NCBI RefSeq assembly: GCF_003334335.1
Contig: NZ_QOWQ01000057.1
Reading direction: 5' to 3' (one strand)
Source of the DNA: Escherichia coli
Lineage (GTDB): Bacteria > Pseudomonadota > Gammaproteobacteria > Enterobacterales > Enterobacteriaceae
Length of the DNA: 17,995 nucleotides
Of this stretch, positions 15,310 to 17,995 are shown one piece after another (position 1 is the first letter of the stretch; each line of letters opens with the position of its first letter). A model generated the notes under the pieces. It ran no database searches, was not told the origin of the DNA, and saw only the letters and a program-made list of their open reading frames with translations. The translations under genes were made by a program, and so were the position numbers.

Positions 15310-16025
15310 TGCCAATCATGCAAATAGGCTCGTTACACTTGCTGGTCAACCGTAAGGCGATTAAGAATCTGCATATCAGCGTGCTGCCGCCTGATGGCAA
15401 AGTCCGCGTTTCAGCGCCGGAACATATGACGGAGACGGCGATTCGTATGGCGGTTGCTTCACGCTTTCGCTGGATCAGAAAACAGCAGCAGGATTTCGCC
15501 AGACAGCCTCGTCAATCAGAGAGGGAAATGGTCAGCGGAGAGTGCCACTATCTTTGGGGCCGAAGATATCGCCTACTTGTGATTGAGCGTCACGGGCGTC
15601 ACGAAGTAAAAGTTGCAGGAAATAATAAGCTCCAGCTTTATGTTCAACCGGGAACCCGTGATGAAAATAAGGCATTGGCGTTAAGTGAATTTTATCGACA
15701 TGAACTAAAACAGCAGGTGGCTAAGCTTCTACCTGAATGGCAGGACCGAATCGGTGTTCCCCTAACATTCTGGGGCATCAAAAAGATGAAAACCTTTTGG
15801 GGCACCTGTAACACTACAACAAAACGAATCTGGCTCAATCTGGAGCTAATTAAGAAGCCGCCGGAGTGTCTGGAGTATATTCTGGTGCATGAACTGGTTC
15901 ATCTTCTGGAACGTCACCATAATGCTCGCTTCCGGTTGCATATGGATCGGTTTATTCCTGACTGGCGTGAGCGTCGGGATTTGTTAAATAATATGCCGTT
16001 AGCGTTTGAGGCATGGGAGTATTGA
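15309..16025 (+). CDS. DUF45/YgjP-like (M48/WLM-like) HExxH zinc metallopeptidase, 238 aa, coupled to hsdR
   Basis: The zinc-binding motif is HELVHLLERHH near the C-terminus, preceded by WGTCNTTTKRIWLNLELIK, which is typical of DUF45. The ATG at 15309 shares one nucleotide with the hsdR TGA (TGATG). AAGGA lies 9 nt upstream. Confidence 0.9.
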   Translation: MPIMQIGSLHLLVNRKAIKNLHISVLPPDGKVRVSAPEHMTETAIRMAVASRFRWIRKQQQDFARQPRQSEREMVSGECHYLWGRRYRLLVIERHGRHEVKVAGNNKLQLYVQPGTRDENKALALSEFYRHELKQQVAKLLPEWQDRIGVPLTFWGIKKMKTFWGTCNTTTKRIWLNLELIKKPPECLEYILVHELVHLLERHHNARFRLHMDRFIPDWRERRDLLNNMPLAFEAWEY

Positions 16026-16120
16026 TTGAGCCTGTAACTGTTTTTTGTCCATAAATTAACCTTCATTTGATGCTGGATTGAACATATCAAAATCAGACAA
16101 TTACACAAATCTATGTACAG

Positions 16121-16342
16121 GCTCTTCAATTTGTTTTTGATCGCTGATGTGACTGACAACAAACGCTCACGGAACACTAAATCCCGCTCTTCAGACGTTA
16201 ACTCGCCTCGCTCAATAAGCTCTCTGATAGAATCTCGTGGCGTTGGCGTGACTACTTCAAAACAAAAAGTCTCACCATTTTTCTCGGCGACAAAGTCTGG
16301 TCCAGCATCCTTGCTTTTAATGTCGCTAAAGCCCATCTCCAT
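16121..16342 (-). pseudogene. 5'-truncated fragment of a PD-(D/E)xK-like (restriction-endonuclease-fold) gene
   Basis: Only the first ~74 codons of track ORF 15914..16342 look protein-like (GPDFVAEKNGETFCFEVVTPTPRDSIRELIERGELTSEERDLVFRERLLSV, with a D...ExK-like PDFVAEK). The apparent ATG (16340-16342) straddles the junction with the IS3-family end, so the true N-terminus is missing. The rest of the ORF is low-complexity read-through that overlaps the peptidase gene. Confidence 0.4.
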
Positions 16343-16523
16343 AAGGTAGCCTGAGTTTAACGGACACTCCTTCGTAAGGAGCTAAGGCTACGCTGTAAGC
16401 AGAAACGCAAGTTCAGAGCGACTACGAACTCGAACCACAATCTGCCAGTTGCGCCAAATCTGCTGAACCAGACGTTCGCTCCTACAGCACCAAATCAGGT
16501 CTGGGTGGCGGACCTGACGTATG
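16342..16523 (+). mobile_element. Internally deleted IS3-family remnant (IS600-like as far as I can recall): left end fused to a mid-orfB fragment
   Basis: 16342-16372 (taaggtagcctgagtttaacggacactcc...) resembles an IS3-family terminal inverted repeat. 16382-16522 translates in frame as LRLRCKQKRKFRATTNSNHNLPVAPNLLNQTFAPTAPNQVWVADLTY. That is the conserved region just before and including the first catalytic Asp of IS3-family OrfB transposases. The orfA gene and the start of orfB are absent, and the fragment stops abruptly at the IS66 end. Confidence 0.8.
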
Positions 16524-16608
16524 GTAAGCGTAAAGCCAATGCCGTCTGTAACACCTGCTCCTTGCAGACTAAATTAGAGCTCCTTCTAAATTAGACGGAG
16601 TTCTATTG

Positions 16609-17043
16609 ATGGATAAACCTACAGACTGGCGCTCCGGAACCCGCCGGATATTTTCTAATGAATTTAAACTTCATATGGTTGAACTGGCTTCGAAACCAAA
16701 TGCCAATGTTGCACAACTGGCCCGGGAACATGGCGTTGATAACAACCTGATTTTTAAATGGCTACGCCTCTGGCAAAGAGAAGGACGTATTTCTCGCAGA
16801 ATGCCTCCAACTATTGTAGGCCCTACAGTATCACAATCTTTTCCGGCCTCTCCGACTCTGGTTCCAGTGGAACTTATCGACACCCCGCGCTGTGCTACAG
16901 ATGCTCCTGCTCCGGAGGCATTATCAGTTGCTTGTGCAGCTTCCTGCCATGTGGAATTCCATTACGGTAAAATGATGCTGGAAAATCCTTCACCAGAGCT
17001 GCTCACGGTGTTGATCCGTGAGCTGACCGGGAGGGGACGATGA
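16609..17043 (+). CDS. tnpA: IS66-family accessory protein TnpA (HTH, transposase_8-like)
   Basis: MDKPTDWRSGTRRIFSNEFKLHMVELASKPNANVAQLAREHGVDNNLIFKWLRLWQREG is the IS66 orf1 type. The ATG at 16609 lies 8 nt after GGAG. The track ORF starts at the TTG at 16606. Confidence 0.9.
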   Translation: MDKPTDWRSGTRRIFSNEFKLHMVELASKPNANVAQLAREHGVDNNLIFKWLRLWQREGRISRRMPPTIVGPTVSQSFPASPTLVPVELIDTPRCATDAPAPEALSVACAASCHVEFHYGKMMLENPSPELLTVLIRELTGRGR

Positions 17044-17390
17044 TTTCACTCCCATCAGGTACCCGTATCTGGCTCGTTGCCGGCGTTACTGATATGCGTA
17101 AATCCTTCAACGGTCTGGGGGAGCAAATACAGCATGTGCTGGATGATAACCCCTTCTCCGGTCACCTGTTTATCTTCCGTGGCCGACGGGGAGACACGAT
17201 TAAAATCCTGTGGGCTGATGCTGATGGTCTGTGCCTGTTCACCAAACGCCTTGAGGAAGGTCAGTTTATCTGGCCTGCGGTGCGTGACGGTAAGATATCC
17301 ATTACCCGCTCGCAACTGGCAATGCTCCTCGATAAGCTGGACTGGCGTCAGCCAAAAACATCCCGCCTTAACGCACTGACAATGTTGTAA
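17040..17390 (+). CDS. tnpB: IS66-family TnpB (IS66 Orf2)
   Basis: MISLPSGTRIWLVAGVTDMRKSFNGLGEQIQHVLDDNPFSGHLFIFRGRRGDTIKILWADADGLCLFTKRLEEGQFIWP is a near-textbook IS66 Orf2. It overlaps tnpA by ATGA. Confidence 0.95.
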   Translation: MISLPSGTRIWLVAGVTDMRKSFNGLGEQIQHVLDDNPFSGHLFIFRGRRGDTIKILWADADGLCLFTKRLEEGQFIWPAVRDGKISITRSQLAMLLDKLDWRQPKTSRLNALTML

Positions 17391-17420
17391 AAAACTCCTG
17401 ACCGCATTATAAAAACGGCC

Positions 17421-17995
17421 ATGAGTCAGAAATACCTCATTCGCATCGCTGAGCTGGAAAGGCTGCTCTCTGAGCAGGCTGAAGCCCTCCGTCAGAAAGA
17501 CCAGCAACTGAGTCTGGTTGAAGAGACGGAGGCCTTCCTGCGCTCTGCACTGGCACGTGCCGAAGAAAAGATCGAAGAAGATGAACGGGAAATAGAGCAT
17601 CTGCAGGCTCAGATAGAAAAACTGCGCCGGATGCTGTTCGGAACCCGTTCTGAAAAACTGCGTCGTGAGGTTGAACAGGCTGAAGCCCTGCTGAAACAAC
17701 GCGAGCAGGAAAGCGATCGTTACAGTGGGCGTGAGGATGACCCGCTGGTTCCCCGCCAGTTGCGACAGTCGCGCCATCGTCGTCCGTTACCGGCACATCT
17801 CCCCCGTGAAATATACCGCCTGGAGCCTGAAGAAAGCTGTTGCCCGGAGTGTGGCGGTGAGCTGGATTATCTGGGGGAAGTCAGCGCAGAACAACTGGAA
17901 CTGGTGAGCAGCGCCCTGAAAGTGATCCGCACAGAACGGGTAAAAAAAGCCTGTACAAAATGTGACTGCATCGTTGAAGCACCGGCACCATCCCG
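17421..17995 (+). CDS. tnpC: IS66-family DDE transposase TnpC, N-terminal 191 codons (open at the window end, absent from the ORF track)
   Basis: My own translation from the ATG at 17421 gives MSQKYLIRIAELERLLSEQAEALRQKDQQLSLVEETEAFLRSALARAEEKIEEDEREIEHLQAQIEKLRRMLFGTRSEKL...CCPECGGELDYLGEVSAEQLELVSSALKVIRTERVKKACTKCDCIVEAPAPS. This shows a leucine-zipper/coiled-coil region followed by the CxxC...CxxC zinc finger typical of IS66 TnpC. There is no stop before 17995. Confidence 0.9.
   Translation, partial: MSQKYLIRIAELERLLSEQAEALRQKDQQLSLVEETEAFLRSALARAEEKIEEDEREIEHLQAQIEKLRRMLFGTRSEKLRREVEQAEALLKQREQESDRYSGREDDPLVPRQLRQSRHRRPLPAHLPREIYRLEPEESCCPECGGELDYLGEVSAEQLELVSSALKVIRTERVKKACTKCDCIVEAPAPS

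Larger units (their letters stand above)
16524..17995 (+). mobile_element. IS66-family insertion sequence (ISEc8-like), left end and about 1.47 kb; right end outside the window
   Basis: The terminus begins GTAAGCG..., characteristic of IS66-family inverted repeats. It is followed by the canonical three-gene set tnpA/tnpB/tnpC. Confidence 0.9.

Noticed and set aside
11152-15400. Minus-strand ORFs within darG and hsdR (for example 12883..13269 at 128 aa, 13954..14379 at 141 aa, 14782..15129 at 115 aa, 15203..15400)
   Set aside because: They are antisense to confidently assigned genes and have no recognisable domains.
15914-16120. The distal part of the 142-aa minus-strand ORF 15914..16342, overlapping the 3' end of the peptidase gene
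   Set aside because: The translation turns into low-complexity read-through (LYIDLCNCLILICSIQHQ...) and overlaps a well-supported gene. Only the first ~74 codons look like real protein sequence, and they are treated as a pseudogene fragment.
16568-16596. Direct repeat ctaaattaga (16568-16577 and 16586-16595) in the IS66 leader
   Set aside because: It lies inside the IS between the terminal repeat and tnpA, and is most simply part of the element's own regulatory or transposase-binding region. It is not a host feature and cannot be evaluated further without the right end.
17055-17796. Minus-strand ORFs 17055..17777 (240 aa) and 17437..17796 (119 aa), and plus-strand 17077..17379 and 17725..17907
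   Set aside because: They overlap IS66 tnpB and tnpC, which have near-textbook sequences on the plus strand. The antisense translations are featureless.
1-17995. CRISPR arrays, tRNA or rRNA genes, and integrase or att sites
   Set aside because: I saw no regularly spaced repeats, no cloverleaf-compatible segments in the intergenic regions, and no tyrosine or serine recombinase ORF. The island boundaries are presumably outside this window.

Overview
This window looks like an Escherichia coli-type genomic island made of four modules.

- **CP4-44-like module, minus strand (1-4252).** It holds the first 13 codons of a YeeR-like membrane protein, a complete 948-aa antigen 43 (flu/agn43) autotransporter, and an intact YeeP/YkfA/YfjP-family GTPase. 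The sigma70 promoter and OxyR/Dam phase-variation switch of agn43 are readable.
- **AT-rich insert (about 4292-5870).** It carries one orphan gene for a divergent GIY-YIG nuclease-like protein with a C-terminal HTH-like tail.
- **Plus-strand defence operon (6405-16025).** The order is small HTH-like ORF, hsdM (812 aa), hsdS, darT, darG, hsdR, then a DUF45/HExxH metallopeptidase. The DarT/DarG toxin-antitoxin pair sits between hsdS and hsdR. Most junctions overlap or leave gaps of 18 nt or less.
- **IS debris (16121-17995).** A 5'-truncated PD-(D/E)xK-like gene fragment abuts an internally deleted IS3-family remnant. That remnant is itself interrupted by an IS66-family element (tnpA, tnpB, partial tnpC) that runs off the window.

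I saw no rRNA, tRNA or CRISPR array. The best candidates for new biology are the hsd-embedded DarTG plus peptidase supermodule, the orphan GIY-YIG gene, and the long C-terminal extension of HsdM. All homology statements come from motifs read by eye. No database search was possible.
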